64,000 nucleotides of DNA from NCBI GenBank assembly GCA_046563655.1, contig CM102285.1, positions 1,860,001-1,924,000 on the forward strand. Reading direction: 5' to 3'. The position numbers and the translations under genes were made by a program. This DNA comes from Yuukianura sp. NJ FZ-2021. Lineage: Eukaryota. Numbering within the stretch: the stretch's first letter is position 1; every line of letters starts with the position of its first letter. Below the pieces are notes generated by a model. It had not been told where the DNA came from. It made no database searches and saw only the letters and a program-made list of their open reading frames with translations. Shown here piece by piece: positions 56,401-64,000 of the stretch.

Positions 56401-59400
56401 AGCAGTAAGCTTAATTTCATGATTTGGTCAAAAAATTTCAAAATTTCTTAAAAAACTAAAGAACTGAAAAATCTAAAATTCTTACTCCCATTTCTTTACA
56501 CTTTTAAATCAACGCAGGGTCACCACATAGCTTTTGCCGGCATTCCGTCGTCGCTCATGCGTACATTCTCAATGATGCTTGGTGACATGGACTACATCAA
56601 CACTTTTGTCAATCCGTACAACTGTGTCGGAGAACCGGACCCGCCGGAATCAAGTTTCGTACCGATGAGGACCTCCTATGCTTCGACATCAGCAAACGAA
56701 ACGATACACGCAACATGCTGTGCCGAAAGTCGAACGGTTTGCAGCGATCGCCGAAGACTTCCGTATCCAATTGCCAGTTTCGCACTTTTGGCCGTTTTTA
56801 TGGTTTTCATGCCGATTTTACTCATGAATTTGCTTATCGGTTTGGCTGTTGGCGATATTGAGTCTGTTAGAAGAAATGCCCAGTTGAAACGGTTGGCAAT
56901 GCAGGTTAGTCTCAAGTTAAGTTTTGAAAACGAATTGAAATAGTTTTCGATTTTGAAATTTTAAATTTTAGGTTCAGCTTCATACAGCTCTGGAGAAAAC
57001 AATTCCGAAATTTATTTTGCGAAGAGTCGACAAGAAAGAAGTGATCGAGTATCCGAACGCCACAATGAAAGCACGACGCGGCCCAATTGACTACTTGTTC
57101 AAGTGGTTTCAGCCCAAAACAAGAGTCGGTGCGTTCAAGTACTTTTCAAATTTTCAGCTTTTGTACTTTTCCCGCTCTTTTTCATTTACATTTTGAAGTT
57201 TCCCGGTTCCATTCAAAATTTTGAATCCTCTCGTTGCCTTCTGCACTTCAACTCAAAATCAGCTTTCCAGTTTCAGCAAATGAAAATTTCTTTTTGTTGA
57301 AGCCCTTCCCGCTCGCTCTGTTAAAAAGCGGGAAATGAAGCGTCAGTTTGAAAGAGTGTGGCGGGAAGCAACAAATTTGAATTCCCTCGTCGATCCTAAT
57401 TATTAGTCTCACTTTGCCCCATTGAGAAAACAGCGGGAGGGAGCGTAGATGGGAAGTCATAACTCATTTTTGAATTAAAAGTCTCAACCTAAACCGTCAT
57501 GAGCATGAAACCCTACTTGACAAATGACTTTTCATTTCAACCATTTCCTCATTCTCGCCACTTTCTTTTGAATTGGAATTGACATTACGCCGGAAGAGGG
57601 GAACTGCAGGAGGTCAATTCAGGATTTTATTATTAACTATTATACAGGTTGAGCAAAAAGTTTCATTTCCATTTTTCAAAAAGTTAAAAGTTAAAACTTT
57701 TTGCAACTTTCAAATTTCGCAAATATTCTTCCTATCACAAAAATAACGGGAGCACGCTAGATCAAAGGTTTACACAAATCCGAAAATTCAAAACTCGCAA
57801 AACTAAACAAACCTTGCAACATTTGAAGCGCCAAAAATCTTCCTTCGCAGCAAATAGTTGTACGATTTTTTTGTGAAAACTTTGAACTCTTTTCTTAAAA
57901 AGCTTGCTTTTCAAAAAAATCTTTTTTTTTTATTTTCAAAGAAGTATTCAGAATTTTTTGAACAACGCTGTATAGGTTGAATGGGGAGAGAAATTTGAAA
58001 CGGAACGCATAATTAGGATCTTTTCATACAGTAATTTTGGCATCAATTTTTTCAAAAAAAAATGTATAAATCATGAACTAGGGAAGTTTTGAATTCATAG
58101 AAAACTGAGTGAGAGTCTTTTGAAAAAGTGGCGCTCAAAAAAACATTACCTTTGAGTAAATTTTGCTACAAATGAAAAAAAAGAAAATGTAGCAAGAGAA
58201 AGTGGATTCTCAGTGATCGAGACTACACTTTTTCATATCAAAAGGAATAGGATAATATCATCTCAGTCATGGGAAAAAAATGCTTTCATAAAATGTGCCC
58301 AGCAAACAAGAAAAACTAAAAAAATCTGGAAAACTAAATTTTATTGACCAACAATTAATTTAATGAGATAGATTAAAGTTTCCCGAAAACTTCGTTCTTT
58401 TCTTTCATGTTTTTGCACAACCTGGCTAATGTGAATCAAAAAAAGTCAGGATTAGTCAAAATTGATTTGGAAATAGAAAATCAAATTGCACGTTTTCTTT
58501 TAAAACTTTCTAAAACTTTTTCTTTTGATGTTTTTGCATTGGATACGTATCTAATTGTATTGAAATTTTCTGTTTCTTTTCTTGTTCGAGTTTCATTACG
58601 CACTTTGTAAACTCCTCGTTTCAAGTACTACAATCTGTAGAGTTGTTCAGTTGAATTTCAAGCGAGAAAAAGAACAAGGATTTGAAGATTTAGTTTCATT
58701 TGTCAGGTCAAGATTCTATTGACATTTTCCTCGCGTCCGACCCCTTTGCTTACTTTTCCTTCCTTTTGTTACCCCCACCCTCCCCCTCCCCCATTGAAAC
58801 TGAAACTGAGCTATAGAAAAGTTGCCATTTGCCTGCTGGTGGTGGGGCAGCCAGTCTGGTGGCTCCTATCCACCACCACCCGGAGGGGCATCATACATCA
58901 ACTTCCTTTCAAAAAAAAACTAGAAAAAAATCCATCTTCATTCGCATTCAAGCCACTGCTCTCTCTTTATTTGCTTTGGAAAACTTTCTCCTTTTGATAC
59001 TTTCCTTTCAATATCTCTCTCTCTTGCCTTTTCTCAAGAAAAAAAAAAGACTTGAAAAGCAGTTTTTGGCAAAGAGGAAGGAGGATGTTCAAATTTCTAA
59101 AAAATGGAAAAACGGATAACGACCTTATAGGAAACATAATTTTCAAAAAAAAACGTGCACTACGACTCTCCCGCTCTTTTCAAACGGAATCGTAAACCAT
59201 TTTGCGTAAAGAGTTTCTCTGTTGCAAGCAGTTAGCTTTGTACATTCCCTGCATAGTTTTTTTTTTATAAAGGACGAAAAAGCTACAAATCATTTTTTTC
59301 ATTTTCAAATTTTTCCTGTTCTTGCAAGATTGTGTTCAAAGTGTCACCGTTTTTAAAATTTGTGTTTTTCCCGCCATGCTCAATTTGTCATTTTCAAAAA

Positions 59401-60237
59401 TAACTAATTTTGTGCGTTTCTTTCATAACGGAAAGAACTGTAAAAAAAAACACGAGTCAAGGTCAATGACCCCGTCGTTTCTTTTGGCACAAGTTTTTCA
59501 CATTAATATTTGAACACGTAAAAATTGACATTATCTAATTTTGATTTTTTTGCATTCAGTTTTTTAAAAACGCGAATTTGAGTTTGACGTTTTGAGCTTC
59601 TCGCATTCCCATTTCGGCTTCATTGGATTTCGATTCAAAGTTCACGTCTTTGTCTTTAGACGCGTCAAACCTAACTCAATTTTTTTTGAATTTTGAATTT
59701 TTGGCGCCATTTTAGAGGTTGATCCAGCAGTGGGACTGGGTGATGGGGATGGTTCGGATGACGTCTTGATGGCAGTTCAAGAGACTAATGCTGCTCTCCT
59801 CAGCATGTCCACCCATCTGGAAAATATTGAGACTCTAATGCGACTTTTGTGTCACGTAAGGAATTCGCTTTTCTTCATTTTTTTGCGACGACACTTCCGC
59901 TTCAAACGTCCCGCCATGTGTCACTCGTCCCACTTTTCAAAAAAGACAACCCGGGAAAGTTTGAGATTAGCCTCTGCTGCTCTCTTTTTGAACTTCCTCT
60001 CTCCCGCCCGCATCTTTTTCACCGATTTTCTCTCGAAAATAGAGTCGTGCTCTCTCAAAATGTTTTTGTGTTTAGAAAATGGAGTTGTGCACAGATGCTG
60101 ACTACATTGATGAAGGGACTCAAGTGGAGGATGGGAATCTCATGTCGGATATTCGGTCAAGATTCAAGAGGGGGATCACGGTTCGTTTGACGAAGAAGCC
60201 ACCACCACCAAAACGCAGTGAATCCGCAGCCACTTAG
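26453..60237 (+). CDS. TRPA1: Transient receptor potential channel TRPA1 (ankyrin repeats + 6TM), >20 exons; long introns at 26636-32490, 34254-53045 and ~57140-59716
   Basis: Exon 1 ends VCLLRESPFRILR and splices to VAESGN; multiple TPLHLA/IA ankyrin repeats; YLQMKWNAYG; RTFSMMLGD; MPILLMNLLIGLAVGDIESVRRNAQLKRLAMQV; C-terminal KMELCTDADYIDEG; stop TAG 60235-60237. An upstream in-frame ATG at 26336 is possible. Confidence 0.96.
26722..26918. mobile_element. MITE with hAT-like termini (same family as 3655-3999)
   Basis: Inverted termini cagcgatgtcaaaaatat ... atatgtttgacatccttg. Confidence 0.55.
27139..27497 (-). CDS. Possible small secreted protein nested in TRPA1 intron 1
   Basis: Clear signal peptide MLARIFLFVLALFVFGQFRQTEA. 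Continuation past 27301 needs a 29-nt GT-AG intron, which is unusually short, so the model is uncertain. Confidence 0.3.
28167..28337 (+). CDS. TRPA1: Candidate alternative first coding exon of TRPA1 (MSGCCAKP...LPSIEEIIE)
   Basis: ATG-initiated, 57 codons, ending at phase-0 donor GAG|gtaaaa, which is compatible with the phase-0 acceptor at 32491 used by exon 26453-26635. Confidence 0.6.
28600..28885. mobile_element. Foldback-like element with tandem subterminal repeats
   Basis: Repeated aattgctccgaaa on the left is mirrored by tttcggagcaatt on the right, around an AT-rich core. Confidence 0.5.
28954..29500. mobile_element. Foldback-like element with ~100-bp inverted arms built of gaattaccccgaa-type repeats
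   Basis: ccatttca..atgaattacaacgaagtgaattaccccgaa...ttgaattacacc versus ggtgtaattcaactttcggggtaattcacttcgttgtaattcat..tgaaatgg. Confidence 0.65.
30142..30345. mobile_element. Dispersed MITE family (ttaacaggttrggcrataa arms); related copies at ~31325-31570 and ~49640-49942
   Basis: ctatagcaacaaaatagttttcctttaacaggtt here is the reverse complement of 49908-49942; internal inverted arms end in ttattgcctaac. Confidence 0.5.
30586..30930. mobile_element. Foldback-like element with (a)ccgaca / tgtcgg(c) tandem arms
   Basis: Multiple aaaaccgacaa/aagccgacaa on the left are mirrored by ttgtcggct repeats on the right. Confidence 0.5.
31900..32040. repeat. Short degenerate tandem array of ttaggccct
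   Basis: At least five ttaggcc(c)t units about 15-30 bp apart. Confidence 0.6.
35030..35213. mobile_element. Small MITE-like element
   Basis: Inverted termini attgctacaagaggttattca ... tgaacaacctcttgtagcaat. Confidence 0.55.
35454..36158 (+). CDS. Secreted basic lipocalin-like protein, copy 1 (intronless, nested in TRPA1 intron)
   Basis: Signal peptide; WR..L.N.T.DYL..RCxxCSCMPTFDPVP; C-terminal VWSDDTTILSRLC..SEGQAVWSVTS..LTL....IKKKLREIGF....M....C, resembling lipocalin SCR2/SCR3 plus the terminal helix. Confidence 0.8.
   Translation: MMCPAHFFGLLTFVLIITTMYGQQTSNWRHNLNNITRDYLNPRCSVCSCMPTFDPVPLSSWTPSTYPRYIIAQSRLMHYFDYKRSEGHLWKGEEDIGLVYCESSFRSKVNKKNMSVFEWTRNGRKMKVKCKRDEFTYYCRNSKKVNSQGGFNYSIRFGQRVWSDDTTILSRLCIGSEGQAVWSVTSSQLTLKRSQLKTIKKKLREIGFSSKKMIYMPKICAKFKNITATRDANI
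36700..36945 (+). pseudogene. Degraded 3' relic of the lipocalin-like family
   Basis: ggtcaaccaggtcaacca (GQPGQP, as in copy 4) and a SSTKLTLEQSELRIIRK-like segment; frame disrupted. Confidence 0.55.
37321..37452 (+). pseudogene. 5' truncated relic of lipocalin-like copy 4
   Basis: atggatctgtcaaatatttttagagtttcaatactc...gattggcgccaaagtttg nearly matches 40595 onward and retains the upstream motif; it is frameshifted and ends after ~130 bp. Confidence 0.7.
37906..38595 (+). CDS. Secreted basic lipocalin-like protein, copy 2 (229 aa)
   Basis: Same Cys pattern and motifs: CTTCSCLPTFDPVP, VVWSDDTT, CVGSEGHAGWSVTST, LRKLGF. Confidence 0.82.
   Translation: MRFVTKSEVSLLAVLVFRTVSADWRNSLANDTSDYLNRHCTTCSCLPTFDPVPLSSVSRLITSQRSPLFISKLTYHFDSIWTQDWLWKDPNEVDRMLCDLSFSSKYIKKKFVLRLSCNTGFLDTKCKHDKYTYYCRSKKGKSQQKVKVKGQPPGKYNTYTFQVVWSDDTTVLGRLCVGSEGHAGWSVTSTKNELSKGQMKIIKKKLRKLGFDSNKMLNLRKRCDKMKRK
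39226..39978 (+). CDS. Secreted basic lipocalin-like protein, copy 3 (250 aa)
   Basis: Signal peptide, CTTCSCMPNFDPVP, IVWRDD, CIGSEGHAVW, LKEIGF; TATA-like tatataa at ~39138. Confidence 0.82.
   Translation: MGSPKNSAASLLFTLLFVTTIAQEQFDWRQGLENVTRDYIHPRCTTCSCMPNFDPVPLNTVAQQLTAPHYTLYQSQLMDHWNAVRSKGLLWDEEEDADMVYCESTFWSKPRTGKRVSFKWTRNGRVMKINCKFISESVDNCKIKTPRNHGHPGQLQNKLDEEHSRFAYSTYTTQIVWRDDRTHLVRFCIGSEGHAVWALKSTKTTLTKRQMRIIKKKLKEIGFSANGMLNVRKRCETLKGNRVSNKKMEI
40595..41434 (+). CDS. Secreted basic lipocalin-like protein, copy 4 (279 aa, GQP-rich loop insertion)
   Basis: Same motifs; TATA-like ctataaa at ~40512. Confidence 0.82.
   Translation: MDVSNIFRVSILALLFTTTYGEEKFDWRQSLASVRKDFLNPRCTTCSCMPTFDPLPFSSAESLLMSKHRFLFYSTEMYRLKSALAKMWLAEDGEHMDITLCEASHQAMAKGAKTSRYKWSRNKRMMKFKCKCNELTDHCRLKTVPSLLKNSIQHNRTGQPGQPTQGLSGQPSSGLDNSKRSSEGQTKVGYISYAAELVWADDTAALVKNCIGSEGQAAWSVTSTKLTLKKRQLKIIKQKLKEIGFSPKGMIDLRKRCEAVKKKANHLSRKLWKARVRKT
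41760..42500 (+). CDS. Secreted basic lipocalin-like protein, copy 5 (246 aa; closest to copy 1)
   Basis: Same motifs; shares RSEG.LW, FEWTRN and RDEFTYYCR with copy 1. Confidence 0.82.
   Translation: MMCSITKFVRLWFFTLLLTITYAREKSNWRQGLSNVTRDYLNRRCTTCSCLPAFDPVPISSVTLPNTPTYYVLVQSTLMYYYNYRRSEGYLWEQVEDIELFHCQSSFRAKVKKNKIIIFEWTRNDRVMKIKCRRDEFTYYCRHKPRVQGKSTSDYSSLTAQIVWADDTTILSTWCVGSKGQAVWSVTSTQLTLRKRQLKIIKKKLRQIGFSSKKMIFLSKMCAGVKNKTVTYDGKNEFMQKSFLLL
42800..42985 (+). pseudogene. Internally deleted lipocalin-like relic
   Basis: Signal peptide plus HWRQRLSSTNRSYFNSRC is joined out of frame directly to the C-terminal STKKMLNLRQRCE; the core is missing. Confidence 0.7.
43258..44306 (-). CDS. Uncharacterised secreted protein (~227 aa), 3 exons (45 nt, 28 nt, long last exon); paralogue of the adjacent repeat protein
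   Basis: MFANALFLVMAIVTA/SEASMFGDA/LYGFTKVLG...; Q/T-rich C-terminal half with VVYYDRNGNTV; ends VQGRTILIDSQGQQYCKCG. Confidence 0.75.
44892..48712 (-). CDS. Large secreted tandem-repeat protein (~1,097 aa): signal peptide, Gly/Ser-rich GVSWQSGG region, 42 DE(H/N)GN(R/K) repeats, C-terminal CxC; exons 48712-48668, 48458-48431, 48112-44892
   Basis: MVTRSLLCVLAIVVA/GDAAAFSKS/IGGLTGG...; exon 3 is in frame with ORF 46847-44892 and stop-free; ends VERGKQILIDSNGKRFCPCA. Confidence 0.88.
44990..47680. repeat. Coding tandem repeat array of 60-66-bp units with higher-order structure (312-bp pentamer; five ~130-bp dimers)
   Basis: The unit core ggaactcggttgccatgttcatcaatggt recurs throughout; variant units recur in a fixed order. 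Confidence 0.95.
49995..50483. mobile_element. 489-bp hAT-type MITE with ~100-bp TIRs and perfect 8-bp TSD GAACATTC
   Basis: gaacattc|caaggcaactaaacaaaaagacac...ggggcggattgtt ... aacaatccgcccc...gtgtctttttgtttagttgccttg|gaacattc (TSD at 49987-49994 and 50484-50491). Confidence 0.9.
50447..51889 (-). CDS. Uncharacterised secreted protein (~370 aa), probably 3 exons, nested in TRPA1 intron
   Basis: Signal peptide MWRSHLRIILGAVTILQIQICAG; exon 1 splices in frame into the 51365-50781 ORF frame. A ~70-bp intron with a weak donor (~50931-50861) links to the 50842-50447 frame. No family recognised. Confidence 0.6.
52121..52687 (-). CDS. GNAT N-acetyltransferase of the Mpr1/Spt10-like (L-azetidine-2-carboxylate acetyltransferase-like) group, intronless CDS
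   Basis: GQTYPQE, GGFYVKPNYPGRSSHICNAGFIV, QGQGVA (acetyl-CoA motif), GYKASVFNLVYVTNEASIKLWRKFGF.IGRVPKAG. Confidence 0.88.
   Translation of the reverse strand: MAAYVIENKGKQRLHYLPVKGQLRSGTEVEFDHYAEADVPQLFSIFKTILDQGQTYPQEVMNSLDDFRAYYLSHETFVLREVKTGQVIGGFYVKPNYPGRSSHICNAGFIVHEDWQGQGVATYLVPKFIQVAPDLGYKASVFNLVYVTNEASIKLWRKFGFEEIGRVPKAGNLKGLGYTDAIVFYKQF
57641..57973. mobile_element. Possible Tc1/mariner-type MITE in a late TRPA1 intron
   Basis: Imperfect TA-flanked inverted termini tatacaggttgagcaaaaa ... ttttttgaacaacgctgtata. Confidence 0.4.
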
Positions 60238-61113
60238 AGAGTAAACACAAGAAAAGCTTCTCCTCGTGTCAACTGTGCAGAACAAATAAGAGCGGCTCTT
60301 TTTGAAAAAATGGTTTTTTGGTTTGAAATTGGCCTGTTTTTCCAATAAATATTTAGAGACGCTTCTGGTGTCATTCACTTGTGACGTAGGGCTTAAAAGG
60401 GGTTGTAAAATCATAAACTATCAAAAAAAAGTTCTTATTCTGTTTTTTAAAAATTTATTTCAAAAAAATTAAACTTTGAACGTAAACATTCCATTAAAAA
60501 TCATAAAATTTGGTGAACTACATTTGCAACTGTTTGTTTTTGGTTTAAAAGCCGGCGGTTTCGCGTGAAATAACCACTAAAGTATTACAAATCTTGTTGT
60601 TGTCTGTTAGTTGTTATTTTAAGTATAAATATAATTATTAATATAAGCTTATGTAATTTGCTTAATTAATTTATATATGTTTTGGCATTAGTTATCATTG
60701 GTTATCACTATTTGAACAAAATTGATATATGTACCTGCCCGGCTAACAAAAATCTTGTGATGCCGTGTTATGTAAACCTGAAAAAAGTTTTTTGGTACCT
60801 TTTTCTTTGTCACTGAATTTTTTTTCCAAAAACAATGTTTTGAGGTTTGAAAATTAAGTAATCTCTGCTGGCGGTTTAAATATACTTTAGTAATTAAATT
60901 TTCAGCTTTAAACTATGCATAAATTTTTCGTGTGATCTTTGTCATTATGTAAATTTCTTTTTCACTAAATAAAGATCCGTGACACCATTGTCTTGTCAAA
61001 GATTTTGACGACACACGAGAGCGTTGACACCATCAAAGAAAACTATGCTTTTCAAAATTTCGAAAATTTTCATAATTTGAATAAATTTTCTGCCACACAA
61101 GCATAGGGAGGGA

Positions 61114-63871
61114 TTAAAGTTCATCCCGGGTCGGTTCTGATCCACTTTCCAGTACTTTTGGCACGGTTTCCCTCCAGAATCTGAAAACAAAAGAATTCAA
61201 AAAACTCAAAAAATTCAAAAATAAAATTCAAAAGATTCAAAAAGGAAGGAAAACAGGAAAGAAAGAAAAGATGAAAACGAAAGTTTTCATTTTCCCCGCC
61301 CATTTTAAATTAGCCACCGGCTTCCCATCCTCTACGGAACTTTTGGCTTCTAAACAGGAAGCTTCAGGACTTGAAAGGTGAAGACATAAAATTAATTTAG
61401 TGATAAAAGTCAAATTATTAGTTCAATTAAGAAGACTTATGGCAGGAGTAACTATCCCGTACGACTGAGACTGAAAGTAAAGTTAGCTTATGTGTCCGAC
61501 ATAGAAGTGAAAGTGCGAAAGTTCTCACTTGAGAATGTTTCCTCTGAACTGGTGCACAAGTGATAATTTTTTTGCTACGGAGAGAAATGTTCCTTCGTCT
61601 TGGTTGTACTGAGGCCATGCGACTTCTGACCCCGGTGGAGTGGGATTTCTAAATTAGAAAAGTAGAGATAATAATTCAATTTGAAATGGCTCCAGGGAGC
61701 TTGGAGAGAAGTTTTCGCCAGAAAAATAATTGTTTCAACTTACCCCGTTTTGACAAAATTGACAATTAGTGGAAGAAATGTTTTTGTAGCAAATTGAATA
61801 TCGTCGGCTGGAAGGTTTCTGCCTTCACCCAGAACTTGAGTAAACAAGTACTGAAGGATATCCCCATGAGCAACGGCTGGAATTATTTAAATAACATAGG
61901 TTTTCAAGCTGTACGTACAACATAAACAAAAAGGCCGCCAACAATTTTCCAGAAATCAAATTTGCCGAAACTTATTTTTATACTGGATGCTCATACTGAT
62001 GATACAAGTCATATTCTCAGCTAATTTTATTATTAAAAAAAAGCTTCTACCAATTTCACGTCGCCTTTTTGTCTGTTTTGTATTCCAGTATTTTAGTTTT
62101 CAAATTTTTTATAAATTTTTCTATACGTGCCGCAGCGAGTATACAGTATGTAGATACTCTTGTGTAGAGAATATTTATTTGAACAGTTTTGGCTAAAAGC
62201 GCGTCAAAATTTAAAATTTTGATACAAAGTTGCGCGGGAAACCGTGTGATGTGGTACTTAACATTGGCGTTTTGAACATTGCAAGTTAAAGGTGAAGTAA
62301 ATGTGGCACTTGAACGCGTAAATCCAGATACAACATTTTCTTGACATTCCATTACGAAAATGAAAATTCCCGCGCGCCAATCCTCCAGTTTTCTTCCTTA
62401 GTCGACTTTTCTCTTTTTCCTTAAAGGAAATGGATTTAAAGCTTCGCTCTTTAGGCTTTCACTCACTCAAACTTTCTCTGCAGCAAAGAGAAAGTAAAGT
62501 CTTCACGTTCCTTTTGGCTTTTGAATTTTCCAAGTTTCAATCCCACCCCATCAGCTTCAATCATCCAAATGCGTACAAAATCTCACTTTCCCGCCAAAAT
62601 TTCAAACATCTCACACGTCCAAAACTTCAAAACTTTCTTCAAAATAAATTTTAGGCACTTCTTCAAATCTTCTCTCTTTGGGTTTTGAAACTTATTTTTA
62701 CAACACAATTTTAAGCTCAATTGGTTTTAATTTGATGTTGACACTGTACAGCACTAAATTGCATGTGATTGTACTTTGGCTAACTTTTGCACCAAATACT
62801 TCCAAAACAAGTTTTGCATCAAAAATTTTTTACAACCTTTTACCTGAAATTGTGGCACCATTTTTGCACAAACAAAATTTTGCATAGCGTTTCCACAATT
62901 TTTGAGAAAAAATTTTGACATCATTTTTACACCAGAGTAATTCTTCGAAACGTTTTCACAACTTTTGTATCAAATTTTTTTCCTTACGCTTTTATCACAA
63001 CTTCCGCAAAATTTTGTAAGGAAATTTTATACCAACACATTTGCATAGTTTTGCCAAATATTTTCGTCGAAATATCTTTAAAACTGTTACACAGAAAAAT
63101 TTTCTCAAAAACGCTTACACTTTGAATTATATTTAGATTAACTAAAGTTAATCCAAAATTTGAAAATTTGAATTCGAAAATGACTGTTATTGCGTCATGT
63201 TAGCTTTGTTTAGATTAACCTCAAGTTAGCCTAGTAATCCTACATTTTTAGGTTAGGTTACGGTTAGCTTTGTACTTCTAGGATGCTCCAACGTCAAATT
63301 TTGACCAAAGAGCAAAGATCAAAGGAGGTTGTTCAACGTTCCTTTGAGAAGACATGTACTAAAGTTTAGTTCTGGTTTCTGAGGCGCGAACCTTTGAAGT
63401 TTCAAATTGATAACTTTAGTAAAGACGAAATTGGAAGGCCTAATTTGATTACATTTGGAAAGTAGGGTCAAATTAGATTTTCCCGGTGATTCTACAAAGT
63501 CTCTTTTCCACCATCCGCTTCATTCTGGCGGGAGTTTTAGATTTTCATTAGAGTCTCTCGCACTTTCGAAGGTATAGAGGAAGGTATAAATTGAACGGCA
63601 GAGGAGCCGGAATTTGAAATTCTGGAATGAATTTTCCCTTTAGTAGCACAGTACAAAATAGAAGTAATTTTGAGCGTCGTTCAGAAGTTTCGCGCTTTTG
63701 AACCAAAAAAAAAGATTACAACTTACTTTTCATATCTGAGTCTCCGATGACATCCATGATGGAATTGGAACCGATGTAGTCAAAGACAAATGCAAAAGCG
63801 GGAATGCTTTGATTTTGGAGCAAATTCAAATACTGACTTGTGAATCTCGTGAAGAGCAAGTCTGTTAAAAA
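61114..63871 (-). CDS. Carboxylesterase (type B/CCE family), 3' part, last four exons; 5' end beyond window
   Basis: Spliced translation FLTDLLFTR...PAFAFVFDYIGSNS / VAHGDILQYLF (catalytic His motif)...NFVKTG / NPTPPGSEVAWPQY... / KFWRETVPKV...RDEL*. Confidence 0.88.
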
Positions 63872-64000
63872 CTGAAAATATAAATTTAGTTTTAGATTTT
63901 CACCAAACACAAACCCTTTGCACATGGCGCTAAAAATTTGAATTTTACAAGCATTCGCATCATACGTTTCTTGGTCTGTATTTTTGGCTTTTCAAAAAAA

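Noticed and set aside
57140-59716. Nested gene in the 2.6-kb late TRPA1 intron
   Set aside because: Only short low-complexity ORFs; no supported gene model.
62700-63120. Degenerate ttttgca/ttttacac-rich tract in the esterase intron
   Set aside because: Looks like a decayed low-complexity repeat; no unit or termini could be defined.

Overview
AT-rich eukaryotic DNA with compact genes and mostly 55-100 bp GT-AG introns. By inference it is a non-insect arthropod, probably springtail-like, given Mu-class GSTs, an intronless divergent ionotropic receptor and an insect-type TRPA1. From left to right it holds a divergent ionotropic-receptor (IR)-like ORF running off the left edge (missed by the ORF track), three tandem Mu-class GSTs, a divergent ninjurin, a small single-pass membrane protein, NALCN (EEKE filter), DCAF15 and a Star-like FkbM methyltransferase. 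These are followed by a ~34-kb TRPA1 gene and the 3' part of an RDEL-ended carboxylesterase. The most unusual region is one 18.8-kb TRPA1 intron (34254-53045) holding at least nine nested genes. They are five intronless, very basic, lipocalin-like secreted proteins (plus three relics) that share a CCAGAC-N8-CACTTG upstream motif, two paralogous secreted proteins (one ~1,100 aa with 42 'YTIDEHGNRVP' repeats), an uncharacterised secreted protein whose stop codon comes from a hAT-type MITE, and an Mpr1-like GNAT acetyltransferase. TRPA1 itself has two candidate alternative first exons, lacks several canonical electrophile-sensing cysteines, and carries a ~42-aa Cys-rich insertion in the outer pore loop. 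All family assignments are from motif recognition by eye; no searches were run.
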